From: Octopus bimaculoides
Taxonomy: Eukaryota
Length of the DNA stretch: 64,000 nt
Reading direction: 5' to 3'
Assembly: GCF_001194135.2 (NCBI RefSeq)
Contig: NC_068988.1
Span: 84,215,326-84,279,325 of the forward strand
The notes under the pieces were generated by a model. That model was not told the origin of the DNA. It searched no databases and saw only the letters and a program-made list of their open reading frames with translations. Position numbers and translations under genes: made by a program. Below, one piece after another: positions 1 through 13,783 of this stretch. Positions within the stretch are counted from its first letter, which is position 1. Every line of letters begins with the position of its first letter.

Positions 1-300
1 CAACTGTCTCACTAGAAATAAGGCATCAGTAGTGCTTTTACCTGGCACGAACCCAAACTGCATCTCATCTAAATTGATTCGCTCCCTAATTAGTTGGGCT
101 ATGACCCTCTCTGTAACTTTCATAACCTGATCTAACAGCTTGATGCCTCTGTAATTAATTGTATCTAAAGCGTCCCCTTTACCTTTGTAGCAGTTGACTA
201 TGATGCTGCTACACCAGTCATTGGGTATGACTCCTTCGTGTATCACCTGGTTCGTAATACGGGTGACTAGGCTATAGCCAACACTGCCAGATATTTTGAG
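1..300 (-). mobile_element. RTE-clade LINE reverse transcriptase fragment (continues off the window edge)
   Basis: 100 open codons on the minus strand: LKISGSVGYSLVTRITNQVIHEGVIPNDWCSSIIVNCYKGKGDALDTINYRGIKLLDQVMKVTERVIAQLIRERINLDEMQFGFVPGKSTTDALFLVRQL. These are RTE RT domain 0-2 motifs (IPxDW, KGKGD, NYRGIxLL, QFGF..GxSTTDA). Confidence 0.9.
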
Positions 301-540
301 CCACTGCCAGATCTGATTCGAAATTCTCGTCTGTATTATTTTTCACCCATTTGTTATCTTATTTCTATTGAAATAAACCAGATCCAACTTCCCATACCTA
401 CTCCACAATGTCATTCTAAAAATATACGAACACACCATTTAAATCTTGAAGCATCAAAATAATGTGTGATTAATTCAAAACAATGTGATTAAATAAGTAT
501 TACATTTAACAAAGAAATCTGAATGCTAAAGGATTGAAAC
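300..540 (-). mobile_element. piggyBac-type MITE copy
   Basis: Reverse-orientation homolog of the 28200 element, ending aatgctaaaggattgaa. Confidence 0.65.
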
Positions 541-869
541 ATTAAAAAGAATTCATCTTGTTTGTTTCTTGTTACAGCTATTTTCTTGTGATAGCATGAG
601 TTAGATGAATGTGTTACTGAGGTATCATTTTACAACCAGATGCCTTTCTTGTCACTAAACATTGCCTGTCTTTTAAGTAAGGGATCTCTTATTCTACTTG
701 TCGTTGAAAGTACAGAGCCAACTGACAATTTAACAGGAAAATAACAAACCTCACTGCTTGTCACTCAACAAAGTGCATGAGATGTAAACATACGTGCACA
801 CACTTGCATTCACACTCACATACAGACACACTCACATCACATCATACCCTGTCTGTTTTGTAAAACACT

Positions 870-1045
870 ATGAGCCAATGAGAAAACCTTTACATGGTTC
901 TTGACTAGGAATAGCAACCAAATGAGCAGATGGATACACATAATGTAATCTTAAGTACACTCTAAGAAAAAGACAGGATAGTCGTGGCTGGAGTGCTTTC
1001 GGTCATAACTTTGCTCAACAAGGGTTAACTTGGGGCTAAACAATG
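870..1045 (+). mobile_element. Interspersed repeat family G; also at about 5595-5790, 6470-6620(-), 14640-14850, 43650-43860, 52030-52130 and 57000-57110(-)
   Basis: Shared gacctgctagaaatagcagccaaat...gatggtca...tttgatcata...gggctaaacaac motifs. Confidence 0.6.
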
Positions 1046-2404
1046 AAACATTTTGCACTGATTGGTCTGTGATTATCAGCTGGCACATTTGACACACATA
1101 TTTATGCATGATTGGGCTGTGATTGAAATCAAATCTTTATTTCAAATAAAATCACCAAAATATTGGTCACATTTTGTTGAAAATTTGAAGTTGATCAAAA
1201 TATCAACAGCAACAAATCTCTATTTTGTGAAGAACAAGAGAGTAGGAAGGGGGAGATAATTATGTTTCGGTTTCCCCTGATTAACTATAAATGTTTCTCC
1301 TCCCCATGAAAGCTGCTGGGCTGACTTATTTCTTAACAAACTGCATAAAGATCTCACACTAGAATGTTGAGTATTTTGTTAAGCATCCAGTGCTGGGCTC
1401 AGATCCTTCATCTGCATTACCCATGGATGTAGTGGACTCTGCTAGGTTAACTTGCCTCAAGCATTATAGGAATAAAAACAAAGATTCCTGGTAGTTTACC
1501 AATTCTGTCTTTAGTTAGCAGAGTTCTTAACTGAACAGTGTATCAGGAGGGTTGGACTTCTGATGCATATAAATGGAGCTATTTATATGAACACACACCA
1601 ACACTACCATTGTGCTACAAGAAAATACAATGCCTGATCTATGGGGTCATTGGCTCTTGTACCTATCATGTCCCATACTGCACTGCACATTGGTCCATTT
1701 ACATCCACCACATCTGCTTCTGATCTGCAGTTATAAGTTTTCATCATAATTCAAAAAAATTTTTTTTTTCTTTTAGGGCTTTAAGACAGTTTTGTAGCAA
1801 GATACTTTTTATGAGAAGTGGTTGTTAGCTCCTAACTCATTCCTCCTTTTGGAACCAGTTGACATTCTCATTTGAATGAATAACCAGGCAGAGATCAGCT
1901 GGTTGTAAGAGAGAGAGAGGGGGGGATTGATTTTAATAAATGACTGGTGTTTTATTTTGACTATGGAAATATGCAGGATTTGAACGAAAGAGCTGGAACA
2001 TATACAGCAAAGGATCTGACTGACTACTGTTTATATCTCTATTTAAATGTCGCTGGACTTCAGTGAATTGTGGATCAATCCATTAAGATTTCTTATAAAG
2101 CCCAAATTATATAATGAGAATGTTGTTTGCAGCTGTATTCAATCCATAAGAAATAAAATTTTGTTAAGCTTGGGTTTGGTGGGTAAAGTGAGAAAGAATG
2201 AGAATAAAAATACACACACACACAAAAAAAAAAAAGGCCTCTTAAATTTGTGTCACCTTTTGTTGATACACTTTCTGAAACCAGTAATGCCATAGAAAAT
2301 TACACACAGCACCAACTAACAAGACCAGTTGCTGAAATCACCATCTTAGATTACAAACTATTATTATTCTAATAATAATAATAATTATTATTATTATTTT
2401 TATT

Positions 2405-3360
2405 CGTAGTAGTTAATGGCTGAATTGATAGAGGGTAAAATGCTTTGCAGTATTTATGTCCCTTTGCTCTGATTCCAAATCTCATGAAGGTTGACTGCTT
2501 TTCATTGCTCTAGTGTCAATGAAATAAGTGTCTCTCAAGTATTGGAGGTTAATTTGACTATGCTTTTTCCCTGTAAAATTCGTGTCCCTGTGCCACTGGG
2601 GTAGACTTTATCCATCATTCAGTTTAACACTAACATCTGGTTCTTAGGTAGCTTTAGTGGAGTCCACTCTGTTGCAAGTATTTGAACCAGCTCTTATCTG
2701 AAGATAGCTTGATATCCTGTTGGAGGTCCTGTAATGTGATGTATGCGTTGCCTTTCCGTTCCCATTCCATAGAAATAAAAAAAAAAGATTTACTATTCTT
2801 CAGGCAGCAAGCAGGTAGAATCATTACTGTGTCAGATTAAATGCTTAATGACATTTCTTCTGACAATTCTGAGTTAAAATTCTGCCAAGGTTGACTTTGC
2901 TTTTTATCCTTTTGGGGGTCAATAAAACAAATTGACCTCCCTTACCCCTGAAATTAGCTGACCTTATGCCAAAACTTGGAATTGTTATTATTAGGGTAGT
3001 GAGCTGGCAGAATCATTAACATGAAGACGAACTGCTTTGTGACATTTCTCACTCTTTGAGTTCTGAATTCAAATCCCACTTTGGTCAACTTTGCTTTTCA
3101 TGCTTTTGGGATCAATAAAATAAAGTATCAGTCAAGTACTGGGGTTTATTGTAATCAACTAATTTCTTTTCCCCAAAGTAGAATTATTATTTTCCAAAGT
3201 TGTGACGACTACATTGATAAAAGACAAACTTTTTTGCAGTAAGTATTTAGATCTGTCCCTTTGTTTTGAGCCCAAATTGCTCGAAGGTTGACTTTGTTCT
3301 GGGGTTAGTGTCAGTAAAGTACTTGAGGGTAAGGTTTACTTGACCATATCAGCATCAGTA
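2405..3360 (+). mobile_element. Cluster of 4-5 diverged SINE-A copies
   Basis: Same unit motifs; preceded by (AAT)n/(ATT)n at about 2360-2400. Confidence 0.8.
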
Positions 3361-4761
3361 CTGCACACTGCTAAGTTAAGTAACATAAACACAAGAAGCA
3401 ATGTTTTTTAAATTTTTTTTCAAATGGTGTTAAGGTAGAGACCGATATAGTAGCAGTTACACATATACATATGCATACACTAATATACACGAATACACAC
3501 GCACGCAGCAGGATGCCACAGTTTCCATCTACCAATTTCATTCTCAAAGCATTGCACTGATCAATCTAGGACAAGACACTTAAGATAACACACTGAAACC
3601 ATTCAAGATTATGTGGTTGTGGAGCAAACCTCTTTAATACATAGCCATATGTGTGCCTATGTACACATGCATACCTACACACGCACTCACACTCACTAAT
3701 AAATATTATAAAAGGAAAATGTTATAACATCCACTGTAAATCATACAGCTATGCTAACCACCTCTACTACGTCTAATGACTTTACAGCCTTTGACCATAC
3801 TATATACACACACACACACATATATGCTCTTTTTTCATTTTATTCTGTTACTAACTTCAGGCTGACATTAATAAATGAATTAAAAAAAAGATAAACAAAC
3901 ATGCTGAGAGTGTGGGTGGGAGATGCATTTTTATTCATATATAAATAGTTTGTTCTTGAGGTTGAGTTCCTGGACTACCATCTACTTGGTAGTAAGTTCA
4001 AATCATGAAAGGGATACTCCTGAGCAAGGCATTTAATATTCTAATTGCTCCAGTTTGCATGAGTGACTATAAAAATAGTCTCTTTCTCTCTCTCTCTCTC
4101 TACTTCATGACAGTGGTTCCTTGAAGGAAGAAAGGTTAGGTTGGGTGGGCATTCATCATCGTAATTACTTGAACAACAACAAATTATCTCATAGAAGCAA
4201 GTTAATGGATACAACTATTTGTGGGTGTGGCCACGGATGTGTGTGTGTGTTTTGTGTTAGGTGAACTAGCGTTGGGTGTGAATTGTAATGATAGTATTGT
4301 AGCTAGACTATAACAAAATAATGGTGGTGGTGGAAGAGGAGGTTCATGGTGGTGAGGGGACTGTTACTTCTGTTGGTTAGACAGTCTGTACAAGGCACAT
4401 GTAAACTGGGTATAATGCTACTACATGGTAGGGAGGCATAGTGTAATAAGGTGGGTGAGACATGGGGTATTGAATGTGGCGGCTGGAGAGACATGTTGAG
4501 ATATGATCCATTGAATTTGATGCAGTGATTTTGGAATGGATTACACAGCTATTGCGGATTGCGTATTGGTTTTAGATTAGTAATAGAATGTAGCAGTGAA
4601 GATGGGAATATGTTTGTTTCTTTCAAAGTGCTTTCTCCCCCACCCTCTGTCTATTTCTTCCTTCTATCTCTCTCGCAACTTGTACAAGTTAACCTTTACA
4701 ACACAAACTTTTCTGACATTGCTGCTAGCTTTATAATAATACAGAAACATTTGTTTTAGAG

Positions 4762-5000
4762 CAGTGGGTTTTCAACTGTTGTCCATATAAGATTTTGTTA
4801 AACATTTATGTGCCATAAACTGGTTATACTTCTAATGGTACACAAAATATTTCAACAATTTTTTAATACAATTCCTAACAGTACTCAATTATAAAAATAT
4901 GATAGGATTTAATGTAAACATTGAATGGCTATGAGGGTCCAATAGAGTAAAATAGGAATCAAAGGAGTCCATAGGGAACAACAATTGTTGAGAGTCGCTG
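4762..5000 (-). mobile_element. hAT/Buster MITE (239 bp)
   Basis: Ends CAGTGGGTTTTCAAC and GTTGAGAGTCGCTG; 8-bp TSD ttttagag/ttttagtg. The internal sequence is the reverse complement of part of the 15130 element. Confidence 0.8.
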
Positions 5001-6234
5001 TTTTAGTGTTCATATTTAAATAAAACATTCTATTGTAAATTTTCCTAAGAACCTTTCTATCAACTACATCCCACATATCAATTGAATTTTAAGTTATTTT
5101 ATTTCTAATTATTTTGCAAAATTAATTGAAACAGTGTATTTCACATAAAAATAAAGATGGCCATAGGAGGGTTAAGGTTATATAATTTAACATGAACACC
5201 ATTCTGCCTTCTTTTATTATGGTCTCTTTGAACAAATTAGCTAACTAGTTGCTGACTTCCTCTACCCTGCATATCCACCTCCTTTATGTTCCTTTATTCC
5301 TATTGTAGCTTGCACTAAATGAGCCCCACCTCCACCCACTATCTGTCTTCCTTTGAAGACTTCCCATTGAAGACTTCCCATTTGACTCCTCTCCTTGTCC
5401 ATAGTTTATCTTCAGACTGCAAACACACAGATGTTCAGAGTGAACACCAGCCCCGTCAATTTTACCAACCTGGGAGAGACTACAAAAGTCAGAGCTGTTG
5501 GCGAACTTGTGACCAATAATAATTAGTGCAGATATTGTCTATCATATCTGTCATTGCAACTTTTGGTCCCATAACATGACTACTGAAAACCAACAAGCCA
5601 GTGAGAGAAAGCTTGTTTCTGTGGTCCCTAAATCTACTAGAAATAGCAACCAAATATGTCATGTCTTTTAAAAGGAAGGACATGCCGGATGTGTTTGAAA
5701 AACATCGTCTGAAAAAGAGAGAAACAAATATGGTAAAAACTGCTGTATCAGGTCTGGCATTAATCACATGTTGGGTGCAGAAGAAACCCATTTCTTTTAT
5801 GTTGTGATATGGGTGCTTCTCTTTTATATCAATTCTATAGACTTTGCAGGGTTCACATGATCCTTTGACCATTCTGCCATCTTTGATACATTTTCAGTAT
5901 TTTTCCTATGTAACACTTTAAACTATGTGACTGCTATTTTAAAGGATAGGGTTTTTGAAAGAAAAGATTGCTAAAGTTTGGATTCGGATCAATTTGAAAC
6001 AGTGAATTTGTATTATAGAGCTAGGGTCTGTCTCAAGCATGTTGGTATCAAAACAGTTAACTTTGAAATTGCTCTATCTACCCAGCCATTAAATGAGTAC
6101 TGAAGGATAGAAAAAACTTACACAAAGGGGTTTGTTACCTCCTGTGGATATATGGCAGCTAGAAGACTTGCTGCTGTTGTTACTGTTTAGCCCCAGGTCA
6201 CTCTCGATCCTGACATAATGGATTCAAATTTTGG

Positions 6235-6435
6235 CACAAAACTAGCAAGTTTGTGGTGGGGAGATAAGTTGATTACATCAACTCCAGTTTGCAACTAGTA
6301 TTTATTTTATCAACCCCTGAAAGAATGAAAAGCAAAGTCAAACTCGGCGGAATTTGAATTCAGAATGTAGGAGATGGACAAAATTCCACTAAGCATTTTG
6401 TCTGATGTGCTAATGATTCTGCCAGCTCACTGCCT
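6235..6435 (-). mobile_element. SINE-A copy
   Basis: Reverse-complement unit motifs. Confidence 0.8.
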
Positions 6436-6939
6436 TTGATCCTGATATAATCAAGTGTTTCCTCTGTGGTCTTCATTTTTCTTTCTTATATAGTGTATCT
6501 TGGGACTGCATCATCTGGTGTGTCCTTTGTTTTTTTTTTTATGATGAGAAAGTGTGGTTTCATGTTAATTTGGCTACTATTTCTTGCAGGTAGAGTGACC
6601 ACGAAAAGGTGAGTGGTTGTAATCCACTGGTGTTACATTGAAATCAGCAGTTAATCATCCATTGATGGATACCTCTGACAGTGGGAAGTTAATTAATCCT
6701 CAGCGGACAGACTACAGTTGGATTGATTAGAGAGTATTCTATTTGTAGATTTTGTCTTCATACATGCTGTTAAGATATTGGGATCTGTTGCTACCTCCCA
6801 CTCTCTGTCTCTCTAGTATCTGCCTCTATCCCACATAGACAAATCAATAAATTATGCAATGTGATCATCAGTAAAATAATTCAATAATGTTCTGTGGTAG
6901 TTATTACAATATGTGATATCATATCAGTGTTGTATATTA

Positions 6940-6987
<48 letters not shown>

Positions 6988-8072
6988 ATATATAAACAGA
7001 CTAGTTTATATCACTATATCAGAGTTGCATATATACAAACATAGACTAAAGGAAATGTATCTCCACCACTTTCAACAATGACTTTTCAGTTTGGCCAACT
7101 GAACTACTTGCTTATTGAATTATCTTATCATTGGATGAGTATTCCACAGACATATGTATCCTTAATATAAATCATGGAATGGTCAGAGTGACACAACGTG
7201 GGACAAGGCTGGAACCTTCTGATATAATCCATTTGATTGACCTCTATGTAATTTCTATTTGCCCAATTACATTTACAAGACTTCAGTTGACTTGAGACTA
7301 GGGTAAATGACTCTTTACACAAGATGCTATACCGTGGAATTGAATTTGGGACTTCGATGTGAGCAGCCATGCTGTAATTGTATATTTTGCATATAATTTA
7401 ATAACTATTTACTCTGACATATCAAGCATCAGTGGTATGTGCTAACTTGCAACACATGTTGTGTTTTGTATGCGTATGTGTGTGTATGTATACGTATATA
7501 TCTATATATGTATGTATGGCACTGAGAGAGAGGGGTGATATTAGTGGTTAGGCATTGGAAAAATGTATCCATGGAACTAAAGAGCTCAGTTTTTTTAATA
7601 TGCTGTTAAACTCCAATACATTATTATTTCAATGTAATAGCGATGGAAACATATTTTTATCTTGTTTCAGTCATTAAACTGTGGCCATCCTGGGATACTA
7701 CCTTAAAGGGTTTTAGTCAAATGAATTGACCCCCGAGTACCTTTTTTACTTTTTTTTAAAGCTTGGTACTTCTATCAGTCTGTTTTGTCAAACTGCTAAG
7801 TTTCTGGAATGTAAACACACCGACACTAGTTATGAAGCAGTGATGGAGGACACACATGCACTCATGACTGGCTTCTTTCAGTCTACTTTTACCAAATCTA
7901 CTCACAAGGTTTTAGTTAGCCTGAGGCTGTAGTAAAAAGATACTTGTCCAAGGTGCCATGCAGTGGGACTGAACCTGGAACCATATGATCGGGAAGTAAA
8001 TTTTTTACTACACAGCCATACCTGCACCTGGAGAAAAACCACATGGCTACACCCTTACACACACACACTGCT

Positions 8073-8104
<32 letters not shown>

Positions 8105-8434
8105 TCACACACAAATGCAACACATCTGTGGTATACCAGCATATAACAGTGGTTATATCTGTATGAGTATTTGTAACTGTTGGCATTGTTGTAAGGATTG
8201 GTAACTGTCTGTTGGAACCAATAATAGATGAATGAAACTAGTCTAATTATGTATGTGTGTGTCTGGTCCATCTAGTCTGTGTATCTGATCTTTGTCTGGT
8301 TTCTGTAACTTTGGTGGGATAGTTTATTGATAAAATTGTTTAGATATATCTATGCTGCAAATTTTAGCAGCAGCAGTTTGCATACTGAGTCATCTGTGTT
8401 ATTTCTAATGTTGTTGTTTTTGCTTTTACTGCAG

Positions 8435-8555
8435 TTACTGCATTATAAATAATACAACTATTCAGGATAAGATAGACACAAGAATATTAGTGAGATGGAA
8501 GACATTTAATCCTAGGATCCTATCCTCCTGGTTCAATGCTGCTGAGATTTCTCAT
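8435..8555 (+). CDS. Candidate 121-nt coding exon, product unidentified
   Basis: Branch-like CTAAT near 8405, a long T-rich tract, CAG acceptor (8433-8434) and CAT|GTATGT donor. One frame is open: YCIINNTTIQDKIDTRILVRWKTFNPRILSSWFNAAEISH. No homolog recognised. Confidence 0.3.
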
Positions 8556-9229
8556 GTATGTACAAGACCCTCTAATTATTAGGGAGGGAAACAGTCTATT
8601 TTGATTAACACTACTACGTGAGTGATGCTTTTATATTGTTTTAAACATTTCAGTCAGGTTGAAAGGATTCTGCATATGATCTTTGCTGACTCTTTGGGGG
8701 TCCTGTTAAATCAGTGCAGTTAATGCTTAGTTTGAACCCTGTATGCCAATGATTGGAGGAAAAATCTGTTGTTCAGCACAATAGCAGCGGCCAGCAAAGC
8801 CTGCCCTGCATTGAACTACCATAATAGAAATGGTTGCAATGTGTCCTTAAATCTAATTTTTCAATCTTGGGCTCACACTGAGTTGTTTTCAACCCGCATG
8901 TTCATACAGTCAAGTGAGTGTAGTTCCTTCTTCAAAGTTTAGTTTCTTCTCTGTAGAGAAGAATGTATTGAAGAAGGCCAATCTTGTTGATTTTGAAGTC
9001 CTTGATTATTAAATGTTTTGAAACTTGGTGTAGGCACTCCATGATAGTCTTCATTGGTAGCCTTTTCAGAAAGACTCAAAACACTATTAATGGAATCAAT
9101 CCAACTGTTTGAAATGTAATATGTATGTATCCATTGTCAATTGTACTTTGTTTGCAGATTGGTGTATTGGCCCAAGATAAGGAAATAGAATTAATTATTA
9201 TTTCATTGAAATTTTGGTAAGCATGATAA

Positions 9230-9500
9230 GCTGTGCATAACAAGTGACTGTATTGGTAGGGATGTGTGGTATGAATGGTTGATAGATGCTGATTGGAAAA
9301 GGTAGTATGTACTGAAAGTGAAAGTTGACTTGTGGCAGATGACTAGAATAAAGGATGGGAAGATGTGTGGTAATGTCAGATCATAGTCTGTTGCGCATCA
9401 CACATGAGATGACAAAAAGATTTGGATTAAATTGTGATATACTGTACAAGGAGGCTGGCTGATGTAAACCTATACCAGTGTAGAAAAGCATGTTAAAATA
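9230..9500 (+). mobile_element. Decayed RTE LINE 3' end
   Basis: Resembles an RTE C-terminus and 3' UTR (...acctataccagtgtagaaaagcatgttaaa), similar to SINE tails elsewhere in the window. Highly diverged. Confidence 0.35.
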
Positions 9501-10177
9501 GATGTTGATGAATAGGGATCAGGAGGAAAGTGTTGAAAAAAAACCCAAAAAAAACCAGCCTCTCAGAAGTTGCCTCCACGCTGGTTTGACATCAAGAGTT
9601 TTAGTCAGTACTCTGTCTGGGACACAGATCATCTGTTGGCTGAGTGGAACAGATAAGAAGTGGTTGCTTTTCAAAGATCTTAGTAGATAAAGCTGCTGGT
9701 TGGTGGGTGGATGGTTGTTTGGGAAGGTAAAGTAAGGTGAGGGTGGTGTGCAAGACACTGGTGTATCAACGAAGTGTAATGTTGTTTACAGTTGTGTGTA
9801 GAGCTGGGGTTTCTTTTCCACCCATACCCAGCTCCCTAGTTGTTCTGAAGAAGGATGTTGCATAGATAACAACTCCCTGAACAAATTCCTTTATTGATGA
9901 GAAAGTCTAGATAGAACTCTCTATAAATAACATTTTTTCTACCTTTATGCTGTTGAGTGATGTAGATTTATTTATTATTTTTAGCCTTTCTGGCAAATCT
10001 GTAACACGTTTCTTTACCCTCTGTACCATATTCTTCACATACACCCCCATCACTCTTTTTCATTCATTTTATTTTTGTGTAAATTCTCACACTTTTTTGA
10101 CCCACCTCTGTAACACCCCCTCCACTGTTACCCTTGTGCTAATGAAAGAAATTATTATTATTATTATTACTATTATT

Positions 10178-10620
10178 AAGGTGATGAACTAGCAGAATTG
10201 TTAGCAAGCTGGGTGAAATGCTTAGCAGTGTTTTGTCTGTCTTTACATTCTGAGTTCAAATTCTGCCAAGATTGACTTTGCCTTTCATCCTTTCAGGGTC
10301 GATAAATAAAGTACCAGTAAAACACTGGGGTCGATGTAATTGACTTGTCCCCTCCCCCCAAATTTCAGGCCTTGTGCTGATAGCAGAAAGGATTATTATG
10401 GTTATTAAGGCAGCAAGCTGGCCGAATCGTTAGCATGCTGCGCGAAGTGCTTCGCAGTATTTCGTCTGCCACTACATTTTGAGTTCAAATTCTTCCAAGG
10501 TTGACTTTGCCTTTCATCCTTTCAGAGTTGATAAATTAAGTACCTGTTGAGTACTGGGGTTAATGTGATCGACTTACCACCCCATCCAAAATTTCAGGTC
10601 TTGTGCCTACAGTAGAAAAG

Positions 10621-10655
<35 letters not shown>

Positions 10656-10896
10656 CATCATTACTATTACTATTATTATTATTAAAACAGTGAGCTGGCA
10701 GAATCATTAGCATGCCAGGCAAAATGTTGAGCAACATGTCATCCATCTTTACATTCCAGGTTCAAATGCCACTGGGGTTGACTTTGCCTTTCATCTCTTC
10801 AGGGTCAATAAAATAAGTACCAGCTGAGCATTGGAGTTGATATAATTGATTTAGCCCCTTCTTCAAAATTGGTGGCTTTGTGTGAAAATTTGAGAC

Positions 10897-10930
<34 letters not shown>

Positions 10931-11885
10931 GAGGCAGTGAGCTGGCAGAATCATTAGCAAGCCAGAAAAAATGCTTAGCAACATTTCGTCTGTCTTTACA
11001 GTCTGAGTTCAAATTCCATCAAGGTCGACTTTGCCTTTCATCCTTTCAGGGTCTCAAAAATAAGTACCAGTTGAACGTGGCGGTCAGTGTAATCAACTTA
11101 CGCTCTCTCTTGAAATTGCAGGCTTTGTGCCAAAATTTGAAACCATTATGAAACATGTTGGACAAAATGCTCAGCAGCCTGTTTTTCAAACTTTACGTTC
11201 ATTCTGAGTTCAAATTCCATTGAAGTTGACTTTGCTTTTCATCCTTTTGGGGTCAATAAAAATGAGAACCACTTGAGCACTGAGGTTGATGTAATCCCTT
11301 CCCCTATCCTATAAAAGTGTTGGCCTTGTGCCAAAATTTGAAACCATTATCATCATCATATAAGCAATGTGCTGGCAGAATCATTAGATCACTGAACAAA
11401 ATGCTTAGCAGTATTCCATCAGCCTTTACATTCTAAGTTCAAATTCTGCTGAGGCTGACTTTGCCTTTCATCTTTTTGGAGTTGATGAAATAATCAGTTG
11501 AGCACTGGGGTCTATGTAATCAACTCGCCCCCGCCCCCAAAATTTTGGTCCTTGTGCCTATATTAGGAAGGATTATTATTATTTGAGTGGTTGATGGCAG
11601 ACTAAATCTCATGTATTTTGTCATTCTTTTATGTTCCATATTCAAATCCTGCCCGATCCTTCTGTCTTTCAGCCTTCCAGAATCTATAAAATGACTACTA
11701 ATCAGGGTTTGATATCCATTACATCAAATATACCAGCTCCCTTAAAATGCATGTGCTTATGTTATCATCATAGTAGTCAGGATGGTAGGGCTTCAGATAA
11801 AATGCCTTGCAGTATGTGTTGTTGGTCATACATTCTTAGTTCAAATCCTGCCCAGGTCAACTTTGCTTTTCATCCCGTTTTGGTT
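10178..11885 (+). mobile_element. Head-to-tail array of about 8 tRNA-derived SINE-A copies linked by (ATT)n
   Basis: ~215-bp units: head ggcagtgagctggcagaatc, B-box-like gagttcaaattc, central gactttgcctttcatcctttcggggtcgataaa (resembles the Meta/MESC domain, from memory) and tail ggccttgtgcc...(ATT)n. Units start near 10179, 10407, 10685, 10931, 11149, 11362, 11585 and 11775. Confidence 0.9.
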
Positions 11886-12706
11886 TAAACTCTTGAATTT
11901 TTATAATGCCTAAATTGTCAATATGCAGAAACAAAAAAAAATGAATTTATTTTTCCAGCTTGTTTTAGGATAAAGTATATTTTTTTGGTGTTACAAATTA
12001 AGTTTTCTTACACACATACATTGAGTTTAGTATAAAAATATTTCATAACACATCTAATAACATAAATTAACTTCATATGATCTTAAAATCTCAACCTTCT
12101 AAAGGGTGTAACAAATAGTGCTATTGCTATCAAAATGTATGTAAAGAATTGAAATTTTGTAAAATAATTTTGTTTCTTGTGAGCCTGACCCAAGCCTTGC
12201 AATTGAATTCCGGAGACAGAAACTGAAGAAGTCTGTCATGTATCTGTGTGTGTGTGTGAGAGAGCGAAAGAGAGAGAGAGACCATTATACAAATAGTGTT
12301 GTTTGCTTCCAATCTTCTGTGAAATTATGTCCTGTCTGGGGGTTGTGGAGAAATATTACCATTGTTGGTAACAAGTCAAGGTTATTGATAGAAGGGCCAT
12401 CTATCTGTAGAATATCTGCCTGAAATTTCATCTGACCCATGCAAGCATAGGAAAGTAAGCATCAAAATGATGATGAAATTAATCCATATGTTGGTAATCC
12501 TGCAACAACTGCCAGATATTAAATGTTTGTGTTTATACAGAGCTATTTGTGTTAAGACACAAACATGGTTTCAGGTTCAATTCCACCATGCTACAATTTG
12601 AGTAAATGTGCCTTCTACCAAAATCTCAGTTTGACCAAAGCATTTTTAAATTTGATAAATGAAAAGTTTGTGCAAGTCCCAATAGGAGGACTGCTCTTAA
12701 TTTTAG

Positions 12707-12791
12707 GTGATGATAGACTTCATCCATTTCCTGAGTTAACAACACCACCACTACTACCACCATCCTCAAATGTCTTTACAAACAGCACTCT
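12707..12791 (+). CDS. Candidate 85-nt exon, product unidentified
   Basis: ttaattttAG acceptor and TCT|GTAAGT donor. Open frame DDRLHPFPELTTPPLLPPSSNVFTNST. No homolog recognised. Confidence 0.2.
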
Positions 12792-13783
12792 GTAAGTATT
12801 CTGGTCAGGTTTCTAGTCTGAAGATGATTTGGGAACTCCCAGAAAGAATGATAGCTGCTGGCTTTACTCCTCTGATTCAGCTGTTAAATAAATAATGCAA
12901 AATGTTACTCAAATATGAAGAATGCTTAGGGCTCATCCAGTCTTTCAATTCTGCTGGGTTTTTTTCCTTACAAATTAACAATAGATATTACAGTGTAATC
13001 ACTTGAGCTCCCCTCAACACACACACATGCACAATGGATGTCTCATATAAAATTTTATCTATATATAAACAGTCTCACAGTTAGATAGATAAAAGCAAAA
13101 TTTGTCTGTTCTAATTATCAGATTTATCATTTCCAAATCTTAATTTTTGCATTTTTCTTTATAAAACATCAAGAATTCAAAGAAAGCTTGTTTTTTTTTT
13201 CTTTAGTTTTTCTTTTGTTTTGTTATTTATTTTTATATTTATTTTTTTTAAGTAAAATGGTTTCACCCTGCTTAAGGTATCTCTCACATGCATTACTCTG
13301 CTTCCTCAGAAATGAGTGCACAGCCCCTTGCTCTCTCATTAAATTGAGTATAGTCATAAACAGGGTTTTCTGTTTCTTTTATTCTTTTATTTTTTTATAG
13401 ACAACTTTATAACTTTATTGAAAAGAAATAGCCATTCTCAGTGATTAATGTTATAATAAATAACAACTTCAACTGTTACGAGAGTATTGTAAAGACATTC
13501 TAGAATCGAGCAACTACAGACATATCAAACTTGTTGGACTAAATTGTATGAAAAATAAAGATTTGTAGCACAACTGATTAAAAAAAAAATTAGTGTAGAT
13601 AAAATGCAATTCATATTTGTGCCAGTATGGGATGTTACTCATACCATTTTTCTGGTGAGACAACCACAAGATAAGTGGTTCTTGGCAAAATAACAAACCA
13701 CCATATCTGTTCAAGAAGTATTTACTAGGTGATACTGTACTAATTCAGTATAATAAACCAAATCATGGTCATAGTTGACTTAC

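Noticed and set aside
1590-1750. Minus-strand 47-codon ORF MMKTYNCRSEADVVDVNGPMCSAVWDMIGTRANDPIDQALYFLVAQW
   Set aside because: It looks protein-like but is short, has no recognised homolog and only weak splice support. It is not distinguishable from chance.
10178-11885. CRISPR-like or tRNA-gene array
   Set aside because: The units are ~215-bp SINEs with only a tRNA-derived head (no full cloverleaf) and microsatellite linkers. The context is eukaryotic with no cas genes. The 17.6-kb periodic block was rejected as CRISPR for the same reasons.
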